NCBI GenBank assembly: GCA_031262835.1
Contig: JAISGY010000021.1
Span: 707 to 64,706, forward strand
Direction of reading: 5' to 3'
DNA length: 64,000 nucleotides
From: Ruminococcus sp.
Lineage (GTDB): Bacteria > Bacillota > Clostridia > Oscillospirales > Ruminococcaceae
Shown: positions 38,593 through 48,166 of the stretch, piece by piece
Position numbering within the stretch: the stretch's first letter is position 1
How the letters are laid out: every line of letters begins with the position of its first letter
Translations under genes and position numbers: made by a program
The notes under the pieces: model-generated
The model's database searches: none
What the model saw: the letters and a program-made list of their open reading frames with translations, nothing else
Told to the model about the DNA's origin: nothing

Positions 38593-38628
38593 TTTATTAA
38601 AACACCACACAGAGTAAAAATTTATGTC

Positions 38629-39045
38629 CTATAGATTAACCTTCATTGTAACGGTTGTACCTTCACCGATTACAGTATCTATCTTCATTTCGTCGGTATA
38701 TTTTTTCATATTCGGGAGACCCATTCCCGCGCCGAAACCGAGAGCGCGAATGTTGTCGGGGGCGGTTGAAAAGCCCTCCTGCATAGCCTTCTCAACGTCG
38801 GGAATACCGGGACCCTTGTCCGCTAAAACCATAGTAATAAAGTCTTCGTTTACAAAAACGGTAATTATCCCGCCGTTTGCGTGGATAACCATGTTAATTT
38901 CGCCCTCGTACATTGCGATTGCGACTTTTCGTACCGCCTCATGCGGGACATTCATCTTCTTAAGCTTCTTCTTTATGTCCGCAGAAGCCTCACCGGCTCT
39001 TGTAAAATCGTCCGGGTCAACGGTGTAGGTAAATTCAAGATTCAC
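38629..39045 (-). CDS. GHKL/anti-sigma-type ATPase (Ser/Thr kinase-like)
   Basis: HATPase_c G-boxes (DKGPGIPD, GFGAGMGLPN). GTG at 39045 is preceded by GGAGGT. The ORF is open up to 39093. Confidence 0.7.
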   Translation of the reverse strand: MNLEFTYTVDPDDFTRAGEASADIKKKLKKMNVPHEAVRKVAIAMYEGEINMVIHANGGIITVFVNEDFITMVLADKGPGIPDVEKAMQEGFSTAPDNIRALGFGAGMGLPNMKKYTDEMKIDTVIGEGTTVTMKVNL

Positions 39046-39388
39046 GTTTACCTCCGCGAAGCCCTGCGCCGAAGAGTTTTCCGCATGATTCAAACATCAG
39101 CTGGGTTGTTGAAAGAAGTATTATATCGTTATCGGCGGCAAGATTTATAACGTCTTCGGGCGGAATTTTCCCCCTGACAAATACTATACAGACTATATCC
39201 ATCATCATCGCCGTGCGGACGGTTTGTGAGTTAACAAGCCCTGTTATAAGGACAGATTGGTCCTTCACAAACGCTAAAACGTCGCTCATCATATCAGAGC
39301 CGCACGCTGTATGAACCTCACGGTCAAGGTCGTGTTCACCCCAAAGGGTGTCGCATGAAAGCAGTTTCTTAATTTCCCTTACGGTCAT
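39035..39388 (-). CDS. DRTGG-domain protein
   Basis: VLITGLVNSQTVRTAMMMDI pattern. ATG at 39388 is preceded by GAGGAAAAAT. Confidence 0.6.
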   Translation of the reverse strand: MTVREIKKLLSCDTLWGEHDLDREVHTACGSDMMSDVLAFVKDQSVLITGLVNSQTVRTAMMMDIVCIVFVRGKIPPEDVINLAADNDIILLSTTQLMFESCGKLFGAGLRGGKRES

Positions 39389-39545
39389 ATTTTTCCTCAA
39401 AACATCTCTTGATAATTTATCAACTGTAATTATAGCACAAATATCGGTTAAAATCAATATATTTTGTATTACAAATTGGCTTTATATATGAATTTTCAGT
39501 GACTGAAAGTTAAAAGGTACCTGAATTTACAGATACCTTTATAAT

Positions 39546-40043
39546 TTAAGCGGTATATGTACCGATAATTTCGCCTATAAATTCGGTATGAACCGGGTCG
39601 GAGCCTAAAAATTTCCTGCAATCGGGGGAGATTGCGTCAATATCCATCTCCTTCATGTAAACCTTCTTGCAGACGAAAACAAGCGACGCCTGCGAAAAGG
39701 TTACTCCGCCGTCAATTTCAATCGGTGTTAGCCCGGTCTCCTTGCATTTGTCAACGTCCCTCCCGGAATGTGAGCCGCAATATGCGAGCGTCTTCTTCGC
39801 GTCGTCGCCCGAAAGGAAGTTGACTGTGAAGATATCGTGTTTTTTTGCGAACTCGTATGTATAGCGGTTCGGGCGGATAACCATGTTGAAGACGTCTTTT
39901 GTCCACATTATCCCTGTGAAGCCCCAGCTTATTGTCATGGTGTTGAAGTCGTCGATTGTTCCTGCTGTGATGAGGCAGCCGGCGTTGATTTTCTCGAAAG
40001 GATTAAAGGCAAGGCTGTGAAGGTCGGTTTTTGAAAAAGACAT
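39546..40043 (-). CDS. flavin reductase-like (flavoredoxin) domain protein
   Basis: FNTMTISWGFTGIMW pattern, typical of the family. Confidence 0.7.
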   Translation of the reverse strand: MSFSKTDLHSLAFNPFEKINAGCLITAGTIDDFNTMTISWGFTGIMWTKDVFNMVIRPNRYTYEFAKKHDIFTVNFLSGDDAKKTLAYCGSHSGRDVDKCKETGLTPIEIDGGVTFSQASLVFVCKKVYMKEMDIDAISPDCRKFLGSDPVHTEFIGEIIGTYTA

Positions 40044-40096
40044 AATAAAACTCCTATTTTATTTATTGTATTTATAATATGAGCCGAAAAAATGAT

Positions 40097-41974
40097 TTAT
40101 GCTATGAGTTTTCCGTCTTTTGTAAGTATATAATCATACTCACCCATGACCCCTAATAGGTGTGCTTCGCCGTCTATGACAAGAAGTCGTTCAAAATAGA
40201 GTTCATCTCCCGTGAGCTTCGTTACAGATACTTTGTCGGTAAAATAAAGTGCTCCGCCGTTTATGAAATACATTTCATCGTCATTTACGATATAAGAGTT
40301 GCAGTTATAATCATAAACTTCCCTGTATTCAAGAAGATCGGAAGCTAAAAGTACCTCTGCTTTATCTATACTTTTAAAGTAAAGTTTATGGTCCTCGGTG
40401 AAATAATAAATACTTGAAGCGTTTTCTGTCGGTATCATATACTTCACATTCTGTGTGATATTATAGTTGAGGATATTTTCCGGGTCGCGTAAATCGTAAC
40501 GATAAATCTGATTGCGGAGCTTAAAGTTAACTACGTTCCCGTCACGAGAAACTTTACAGTCAACGTATCGGTTTGATACCTCCCCGGCAACGTCGTTTAT
40601 TATAGTGTGCATTACGAAATTGTCGTCGATATAGCGAAGATTCCAGTCATTGCCGGCGTAAAGGGTACCTGCAAAGCTGTCGGGCTTAACGGCACTGTCG
40701 GGGAACAGATGTAATGAACTTCTGTATTCTATTTCGTCCGATGTTTCATATATGAAGATTCCGTTCTTAATAATATATGTGTTTTTACCGTCTGCGTAAA
40801 TCATTTCGGTATTGTCTGTATTGAAACTATACTGCAATGATTTGTCTATACCGCTGTAGTCAACGACTTTCAACCTATTTTCATAATCGCCGTATCTTTG
40901 AACATACAGCGCCTTGCCTTTTTTATAATAGATTATACTCCCGCCGTCGGCTATAGCAATGGGTTCTATGCGTTCTTCATCAATTAACGTAATTTCGCCG
41001 TCCGTATAGTAACAGTAATATACGTAATTTTCGATCTTTTCTTGAAATAAAACAGTTTTCCCGTCGGGAGAAATCCATAATTTTGACGGTAAATAACAGG
41101 TTTCAGTAACATGGTGCTTTTCTTTTCCGTCCCATAGATAGAGATTCGCATAATCACTTTCGCTGTCGGTATAAGCTATACCGTCCCCGGAAGCAGCCAT
41201 CTCGAAATTATGTACATTTTCATCTATAAAAACAGGCTCCATGTCTTCCGCTGAAATGTAATAGAGGGTATTGTCGGTTGCCGATGTAAATGCGGCTTTT
41301 TTATGGTCGAGACTATAGGCAACGCTTGTATCGGACCTAAAGCGAAGACCCTCGTCGTTATAGACGAAGCTTGCGGGAGTGACCAAAACGCCGTCAGGCA
41401 GACTCACCACCGTCGGCGGTCTTATCCCGTATGGGGGCAATATAATTATCTTGCAGGATTCATTCGGAGAAAGCGATACCGCCGCTTCGGGTATATCCTC
41501 CGTAAGGGGATTGAACCAAAGCTCGTAATTTTCAATATCTGCTTTTCCGTTTACATACGTGATGTCAAGCGAGGCTTCGCGGTCGTCATAATATATCTCA
41601 AGTTTTCTGATAGCCGCGCCTGTTGATTCGGCGTAGTATGCGAAGATACCGAAGTCGGTAATCTTTTTAAATGAGCCGCTTATATTTGTAAGATAGTATG
41701 TATTTTCTTCTTCGCCGACTTCAAAAGAAAAATCGGAAAGGAACTCCGTCGTTGTTTCGGCTGTTGTTTCTGATAAAACTAAAGCAGAAGTAACAGTTGT
41801 TGCTGCGGTTGTCACAGTAGTCGCAGTTACGCTTACAGTTTCGGTAAATTCAGTCGGAGCGGTCAAAGAAGAGGGTTCGTATATTTCCTCAATAATGCTT
41901 GCCTGTATGGCACCATAATCACAGGCGCAAAGAAGTACAGCAAAAATTAGAACAACCGCCGCTAAACCTTTCAT
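40097..41974 (-). CDS. lipoprotein with Thr-rich linker and beta-propeller-like (TolB/DUF5050-like) domain
   Basis: Lipobox LLCAC and repeated ...YY...DG... blades. Paralogue of the upstream gene. Confidence 0.6.
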   Translation of the reverse strand: MKGLAAVVLIFAVLLCACDYGAIQASIIEEIYEPSSLTAPTEFTETVSVTATTVTTAATTVTSALVLSETTAETTTEFLSDFSFEVGEEENTYYLTNISGSFKKITDFGIFAYYAESTGAAIRKLEIYYDDREASLDITYVNGKADIENYELWFNPLTEDIPEAAVSLSPNESCKIIILPPYGIRPPTVVSLPDGVLVTPASFVYNDEGLRFRSDTSVAYSLDHKKAAFTSATDNTLYYISAEDMEPVFIDENVHNFEMAASGDGIAYTDSESDYANLYLWDGKEKHHVTETCYLPSKLWISPDGKTVLFQEKIENYVYYCYYTDGEITLIDEERIEPIAIADGGSIIYYKKGKALYVQRYGDYENRLKVVDYSGIDKSLQYSFNTDNTEMIYADGKNTYIIKNGIFIYETSDEIEYRSSLHLFPDSAVKPDSFAGTLYAGNDWNLRYIDDNFVMHTIINDVAGEVSNRYVDCKVSRDGNVVNFKLRNQIYRYDLRDPENILNYNITQNVKYMIPTENASSIYYFTEDHKLYFKSIDKAEVLLASDLLEYREVYDYNCNSYIVNDDEMYFINGGALYFTDKVSVTKLTGDELYFERLLVIDGEAHLLGVMGEYDYILTKDGKLIA

Positions 41975-43608
41975 TAAAACCCTCCGGCGTCAATTATTTC
42001 TCCGTCTTTATCGGTTAAAAAATATACACCGCCGCTGCGGCTAAGCGAGCGAAAACCTTCCGCTTTTTTAGTTAACGAAGCTCCGTCAGTAAAGTAAAGT
42101 ACGCCGTCATTTAGGAACAACATTTCGTTGTTATTTATTATTGCACAGTAGTTGTTGTCCCTAAAATTCTCGTCAAATTCCGCAAGGTCGGAAGCAATCA
42201 GGAGCGGTTCTTCGTTCGGTTTCATGTAAAAGAGTTCGCCGGTTTGCGTGAAATAATAGATACTGTTTCCGTCTTCGGCGGGGATTAAAAACTCAATCTT
42301 ATGGGAAACATCGTATTCGTATAAACTGTTCGGGTCTGTTATTTCATAGCGATACATCTTGTTGTTAAGCTTAACCGTTAAAATTTTACCGTCTCTTGAA
42401 AGCTTATAGTCAATCGGGCGGTTGGTTCTGTTGTTAATAACCCCGTCGAAAACCTTTACAAGGTTAAAGTCCTCATCGAAGCAATAAAGATTGCGGTCTT
42501 TCGGAATATAATAAGTTCCAACAAAGGTATCTGTGCCGAAAGCCTTTAAGTTCTTGCCTTGAAGCGGAGAGTATTCGCCTTCTATCGCCGTGCTGTCGGG
42601 GAAAAAGTGGTTGTCAGTCCTGTAGTCGTCGGCGAAACTGTTTACAAGCTCGCCGTCCTTTATTATAAAAACTTCGCCGTCATTGTAACAAATCATTTCG
42701 GTTAAGTCTTTATTGAAAACGTAATCGGCAGCAAGTGCACTGTATTCCACTTCATGAAGCCCGAGTCGGTTTTCTATGTCGCCGCCCTTTTGAACATAAA
42801 GATGGTTGTCATGAATGTAGTCTTTTTTATAGTACACGATGCCGTTGTTGCTTATGGCAATAGGGTCTATGTCCTCTTCGATAAAGGTTACAGTTCCGCC
42901 CGTGTAATAATAGTAATTATGCCTTTGGTTAACCCGTTCTTGATACAAAACCGTTTTTCCGTCAGGGGAGATAAGAAAAACTTCCGGGTCGTAGCAATTT
43001 TCTGTAATAAGAGTTTTTTCGTTCCCGTCCCATAGATAAAGGTAAGCATTCTCGTAATCGCTGTCGGTGTAAGCTACAGCGTTCCCGGACAGTGCCATCT
43101 TGAAATATTGGGCGTGATTGTCGATAAAGACAGGCTCCATATCCTCGGCGTTGATATAGTAAAGCCCATAGCCTATTGACTGAATATATGCGGCTTCTTT
43201 TCGGTCAAGGCTGTAATCGAGGCGGTCGTTCCAGACTTCCATTGAGTCTTCTGTTGTCAAAGCTCTGCCGTCGGCATTATAAATTGTAATTGTGTTTTTG
43301 TCGTAATCGGAGGTTATGTAGAGACCGCTGTCGCCGTATATATATTCGTTCTGCGGCAGTTCGATTTTTTCAGCCTGCGGAGTAGTTTCCTCCTCTTCGG
43401 AAGGTTCGTTAACAAGAGCGGTATCGGGCGTTAGAAGTACCGTCGTTTCGGTCGTTGTTTCCGTGGGCTTTTCGGTAACTGTTGTTTTAACCGTAACGGT
43501 TTCCGTAATGGTTAAAGCAGTCGAAGTATCGGTTATCTCAACTGCGGCGGGCGTGATATTACAAGCGCAAAAAAGCATTATAACAGCAAGAATAACAACC
43601 TTTTTCAT
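41974..43608 (-). CDS. lipoprotein, paralogue of 40097-41974
   Basis: Lipobox LFCAC. Long collinear similarity (YYINAEDMEPVFID...LYLWDG..K....E.CY.P....ISPDGKTVL.QE). Confidence 0.6.
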   Translation of the reverse strand: MKKVVILAVIMLFCACNITPAAVEITDTSTALTITETVTVKTTVTEKPTETTTETTVLLTPDTALVNEPSEEEETTPQAEKIELPQNEYIYGDSGLYITSDYDKNTITIYNADGRALTTEDSMEVWNDRLDYSLDRKEAAYIQSIGYGLYYINAEDMEPVFIDNHAQYFKMALSGNAVAYTDSDYENAYLYLWDGNEKTLITENCYDPEVFLISPDGKTVLYQERVNQRHNYYYYTGGTVTFIEEDIDPIAISNNGIVYYKKDYIHDNHLYVQKGGDIENRLGLHEVEYSALAADYVFNKDLTEMICYNDGEVFIIKDGELVNSFADDYRTDNHFFPDSTAIEGEYSPLQGKNLKAFGTDTFVGTYYIPKDRNLYCFDEDFNLVKVFDGVINNRTNRPIDYKLSRDGKILTVKLNNKMYRYEITDPNSLYEYDVSHKIEFLIPAEDGNSIYYFTQTGELFYMKPNEEPLLIASDLAEFDENFRDNNYCAIINNNEMLFLNDGVLYFTDGASLTKKAEGFRSLSRSGGVYFLTDKDGEIIDAGGF

Positions 43609-44297
43609 ATAAACCCTCCGTCAACCGTTATTACTTGCCCTGTTATAAAATTATCACTGCATAAAAAGAGTATAGTTTTTGCAATTTCGAGCGGCGTTCC
43701 TATCCTGCAAAGCGAGGTGCTGTCTGCAATTTCACGTAAATCATCTTCGCTCAAATTACGATTCATGTCGGTGTCTATAACCCCGGGCGCAACTGCGTTA
43801 ACGCGGATTCCCGAGGGACCGACTTCCTTCGCGAGGGCTTTCGTAAGTCCTATAACTGCCGCTTTCGACATACTGTAGAGAGTTTCGCAAGAAGCTCCCG
43901 CAATGCCCCAGATTGACGAGACATTTACGATTGCACCGCGCTTTTGACCAATCATGTAAGGCAAGAAAACTTTACAAGTTAAAAAATACGATTTGGCGTT
44001 AATGTTCATAACCCTGTCGTAATCTGATTCGGAACAGTCGGTGAAAAGCTTTTGGAGTGCTATACCGGCGTTATTGACAAGTACATCTGCGCCGCCGTAA
44101 TTTTTTTTAATGTATTCGGCAAGTTTTAAGATATCATCGGGATTTGAAAGGTCTGTTTTAACGTAGTCAATCGCGGCGGATTTTTGTGGGGTATTTAAAT
44201 ATGTCCCGACGACAGTGTAGCCCTTTTGGGAAAAAAGCTCCGCCGCCGCCTTCCCGATTCCTCTTGACGCACCCGTTATTAAAGCCTTCTTAGCCAA
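43605..44297 (-). CDS. short-chain dehydrogenase/reductase (FabG-like)
   Basis: TGASRGIG, NNAG and YSMSK motifs. Confidence 0.85.
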   Translation of the reverse strand: MAKKALITGASRGIGKAAAELFSQKGYTVVGTYLNTPQKSAAIDYVKTDLSNPDDILKLAEYIKKNYGGADVLVNNAGIALQKLFTDCSESDYDRVMNINAKSYFLTCKVFLPYMIGQKRGAIVNVSSIWGIAGASCETLYSMSKAAVIGLTKALAKEVGPSGIRVNAVAPGVIDTDMNRNLSEDDLREIADSTSLCRIGTPLEIAKTILFLCSDNFITGQVITVDGGFI

Positions 44298-45060
44298 GCT
44301 TAATCACCCCCAAGAGGAATAAAACAAGTAAAATCGCGGGCTGGTGTACTATATAAAACAGAAGCGAATGTCTCCCGATAAATTCAAGCGGCAGGGCGCG
44401 GGCTTTATAGAAGAATTTCGGGAAACGCCTGCCTGTAATCGGCGCACTAATCGCAGTCCCAGCAAGGAAGATAAAGAAATACGGGACGAGCGGGAAGTAG
44501 TCGGCGGAACGAAACTGCGAATTAAAGATTCCGAGGGGATAAAGCCACAGATTCGATGTCGAAAAAATTTGGTGGGGAGGGAATTTTAAGAATATTACGT
44601 AAAGCAAGATTGAGATAATAAAGAGCAGAACCGGGGGCATATCAAGCTTTTCGACCGCCGGGCGTATTATGGAGTATATCATCATCGCAAGCCCGATGAA
44701 GGTTAGAACACCGAAAACTATTATTATTTCATCAGAACGGGTTATGTTTGAAGCTATAGCAGTTATGAGTGTTATAAGCTGCCCGAAGAAGAAAATAAGT
44801 ACGCCGCGTTTTAGGGAATTTCGCGAAAAATGTGTGCTGATTCCGGATACAACAAACAGCAGCGAGACAAAGAAAATATGGATAAAATTCCACCAGCCCG
44901 AGCTAAAGAAGGGCAGTGAAACACCCGCGAATGTTATTAAGTCGTAAAAGAGATGGTAGAGCATTATGTAGACCATGGCAAAACCGCGTAAAGCATCTAT
45001 TGCGTATACGCGGTGAAGCCTGTCATAAGAGGGAAGTTTTTGCGTTTCTAAGTCAATCAT
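44290..45060 (-). CDS. DUF1624/heparan-glucosaminide N-acetyltransferase-like membrane protein
   Basis: RVYAIDALRGFAMVYIMLYH and multiple TM segments. Confidence 0.65.
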   Translation of the reverse strand: MIDLETQKLPSYDRLHRVYAIDALRGFAMVYIMLYHLFYDLITFAGVSLPFFSSGWWNFIHIFFVSLLFVVSGISTHFSRNSLKRGVLIFFFGQLITLITAIASNITRSDEIIIVFGVLTFIGLAMMIYSIIRPAVEKLDMPPVLLFIISILLYVIFLKFPPHQIFSTSNLWLYPLGIFNSQFRSADYFPLVPYFFIFLAGTAISAPITGRRFPKFFYKARALPLEFIGRHSLLFYIVHQPAILLVLFLLGVIKLG

Positions 45061-45163
45061 CCTATCTGTAAAGCTTTATCACCTTACATCAATTTCTGTT
45101 AATCGCCGTAACAGCAACGTCTCCGAGCCACTGTCTATCATGGGGTTGATTTAGCTGTCAATA

Positions 45164-45904
45164 TCAATCCCTTGTCATAGATTCGGCAACCTTAACTGCC
45201 TCTTCAAGACCGAGGTTATGGAAGCGTCCCGCCGGGAAGAGCCTCCCGCACTTTTTATCGTCAACGAATGCGCCGACAACCACGCCGGGAATTGCGGATT
45301 CGGGAGCGTTCGGTGCACCCGGACCGCCGAGATCGGTTCTGCACCAGCCCGGGTCGGTGAGGCTGATAATTACGTCTGTGCCTTCGGTTAGTGTGCCGAG
45401 GTCGCGGGTGAATTTATCGAGTGCGGCTTTTGAAGCGGAATAGCCTGCCTGCTGCGGCTCTTTGTCGATACCGCTTGTGGTGTTGATAATCCGCCCGAAA
45501 CCCTTCTTTTGCATCTTCGGGAGGAAGTGGTAACATATAAATGCGGGGGCAATAGTGTTGATATAAAAGCTGTCAACGAAGTCTGCAACAGGTGTGTCGA
45601 AAGGGTTTGTCCGATATGCAATCTGTACGGCGGCGTTGTTGAAGACAAAATCAACGTCAACGCCGAAGGAGTCAATCTCCTTAAGCATTGCGTAAACCGA
45701 GTCGGGGTTTTGAAGGTCGCAAGCTACCGATTTGCACTCTACGCCTAAGGGGGTAAGCTTGTCTATCATCTTCTTGTTATGTTCGAGCGAGCGGCTTTGG
45801 ATAATTATATTCGCTCCGCGCTTTGCCATAAACTCCGCAACAAGCGCGCCTATTCCTCTTGCGCCGCCGGTTACGAGAGCCCATTTTCCCTTAACATCTA
45901 CCAT
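45164..45904 (-). CDS. short-chain dehydrogenase/reductase
   Basis: TGGARGIG, NNAA and YSASK motifs. Confidence 0.85.
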   Translation of the reverse strand: MVDVKGKWALVTGGARGIGALVAEFMAKRGANIIIQSRSLEHNKKMIDKLTPLGVECKSVACDLQNPDSVYAMLKEIDSFGVDVDFVFNNAAVQIAYRTNPFDTPVADFVDSFYINTIAPAFICYHFLPKMQKKGFGRIINTTSGIDKEPQQAGYSASKAALDKFTRDLGTLTEGTDVIISLTDPGWCRTDLGGPGAPNAPESAIPGVVVGAFVDDKKCGRLFPAGRFHNLGLEEAVKVAESMTRD

Positions 45905-45966
45905 GATTATACCTATCTTTCCTAAGGTTTTATAGTATTTTTCCCGTTTTGTAAAAATTATACGTT

Positions 45967-46980
45967 TTATTTAAAACTCTCTGCAACGCCGTCAAGTTTT
46001 TCGATTAATTTGTCGCAATAAGCGTCGAATTCGGGGTCTTCTGTTTGATATTCGGGGTGCGACAGCACATAGTCAATGGTTTCCTTAACACCGATTTTGA
46101 AAGGTTTCTTAGCGCAAAAACCGGGCACAAGACGCTTTACCTTAGAATTATCGAAGACAACAGAATTAGCCTTGTCGCCGATAAGTCCGCCCTCAAAATC
46201 GTAATCGGAAGTCTTCGCCAACAGGTCGCTGGGGACGTAGTAACGCTTAACTTCCTTCCCGAGGGCAGCACCGATTGCGTCATAGATTTGATTCCACGAA
46301 ATCGACTCGTCGGAGGTTATCTGAACCGCCTCGCCGATTGCTTTTTGATTGCCCATAAGCCCTATAAAAGCGTCCGCAAAGTCGCTGTTGTGGGTCATAG
46401 TCCAAAGGGAGGTGCCGTCGCCGTGGAGGATAACGGGCTTGCCGTCGATAATCCGCTTTATAACTTGATAGGGACCGTTTTTCCCGTGAACGCCGAGGGG
46501 GACATTCCGCTCATCGTAGGTATGGGAGGGGCGAACGATTGTAATCGGGAAGCCGTTATTCCTGTAGACCGAGTTGAGGTAGTCTTCGCAGGCGATTTTA
46601 TTCCGCGAATACTCCCAATAGGGGTTGCAAAGCGGGGTTGATTCGTTTATGAGGTAGTGTCCGACGGGTTTTTGGTACGCGGACGCGCTTGAAATAAATA
46701 TGAATTGTGAACATTTGCCGTTAAAGAGCCTGAAATCACGCTCTAAACTCGAAACACCGAACGCGATAAACTCCGCCACAACGTCGAAATACATTCCGTC
46801 AATCTTCTTTGCAACGTCCGCTTCGTCATAGATGTTCGCGATTATCTCCTTTGCGCCGGGGATAATGTTGTTCCTGCTGCCGCGATTGAGGAGGTAAAGT
46901 TCATTTTCGGGGTTCGATGTTAACTTTTTTGAAATTGCTGTGCTTATCGTTCCTGTGCCGCCGATAAAAAGTATTTTCAT
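45967..46980 (-). CDS. NAD-dependent epimerase/dehydratase family protein
   Basis: MKILFIGGTGTIS Rossmann motif and YxxxK (YSRNK). Confidence 0.8.
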   Translation of the reverse strand: MKILFIGGTGTISTAISKKLTSNPENELYLLNRGSRNNIIPGAKEIIANIYDEADVAKKIDGMYFDVVAEFIAFGVSSLERDFRLFNGKCSQFIFISSASAYQKPVGHYLINESTPLCNPYWEYSRNKIACEDYLNSVYRNNGFPITIVRPSHTYDERNVPLGVHGKNGPYQVIKRIIDGKPVILHGDGTSLWTMTHNSDFADAFIGLMGNQKAIGEAVQITSDESISWNQIYDAIGAALGKEVKRYYVPSDLLAKTSDYDFEGGLIGDKANSVVFDNSKVKRLVPGFCAKKPFKIGVKETIDYVLSHPEYQTEDPEFDAYCDKLIEKLDGVAESFK

Positions 46981-47093
46981 TTTCTTTCCTTCTTTTTGCC
47001 GATATTTACGGTAAATAAAGCCAAATTAATGTACTTATATTGCCATACTATATAATATAACCTAATTTTAAGCAATTGTCAATGTTTAATTTC

Positions 47094-47975
47094 TTAATTT
47101 ATTGTTGAAATTATTTGTTTATCGAGGATTAACTCCGAAACGGTTCCGTCCTTTATTGCGACAACGGCAACGGTATATTTATTCGCAAAAACCGCCATTT
47201 TACCGCTGCCGTCAATATAGTCTTCAATCGTCTTAAGCAGCTCGTCGTCCTTATTTTCTTTGCCGTATTTTTTCTCACACTCGCTATGAAGTTTATCAAA
47301 GATGGTTTCCGCCTCATCTTCGGTTAGCTTTTTTAGCGAATTAAATTCATCGCTTAAGACCGACGCAGGCGCAGTTTTTGAAGTACCCGAAAAGCTCCGT
47401 AAACCACCGGCTAATTTGCCCTCTGTAAAAAGGTAAAAATCGGTTCCGACAGCGTCTGTGCCTGTAAGCCCGACAGGGATAAGGTCCTTCGCATAGGACA
47501 ACGTTTTTTCCCCGCCGATACTTATTACGGACGGTTTTCTTGACTTAAGTTCATAAAAACTTTCCTCAAAATGCCCTGAGAGACAGCTACTTCCGGTAAT
47601 CTTTATAACCTTACCGTCTGACGCGAAGGTATAGATTTTATTGTCAATTAAAAACCCGCCGGATCGAAGCATTGTTCCGTCGGTTAAAAAGTAATAAAAC
47701 GCGCTGCCTATCTTGGTAAAACCGCTTGCGCGCTTTCCGTCCTGCAAAAAGTAGTTATAGTTGCCGCCCTCAAGCCTAACCCAGCCGATATACATCCTTC
47801 CGTCGTCCCGGAAGCGATAATGCGAACCGCCTATGATATACGCTCCGGTAAGCATATTGCCGTTTTTGTCAAGGTAGTAGGTGTAACCGCCCTTCTTAAC
47901 AAACTCCGCAGAGGCAGTTAACGGGAATATTAAAACAATAAAACTCGCCAAAATTAAACAAATTATCTTTTTCAT
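47094..47975 (-). CDS. secreted protein with cell-wall-binding (CW_binding_1-type) repeats
   Basis: Signal peptide MKKIICLILASFIVLIFPLTASA and repeats GGYTYYLDKNGNMLTG / NYFLQDGKRASGF / FYYFLTDGTM. Confidence 0.7.
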   Translation of the reverse strand: MKKIICLILASFIVLIFPLTASAEFVKKGGYTYYLDKNGNMLTGAYIIGGSHYRFRDDGRMYIGWVRLEGGNYNYFLQDGKRASGFTKIGSAFYYFLTDGTMLRSGGFLIDNKIYTFASDGKVIKITGSSCLSGHFEESFYELKSRKPSVISIGGEKTLSYAKDLIPVGLTGTDAVGTDFYLFTEGKLAGGLRSFSGTSKTAPASVLSDEFNSLKKLTEDEAETIFDKLHSECEKKYGKENKDDELLKTIEDYIDGSGKMAVFANKYTVAVVAIKDGTVSELILDKQIISTIN

Positions 47976-48166
47976 ACTGTTATAATAGCATAAATTATAT
48001 ATTTTGTCAAGAAAAAAATAACAGTTACAAAAAAACAACAAATAGTTTTAATTTATACTTGATTTGCTAAATTAAATAATATAAATTGTTACTTGCAAAT
48101 TACAAAGTTTTGTGTTATAATTGTTAAAGGAATTCAAAAAACGCGAAAAAGGAATTTTTTAGTCTA

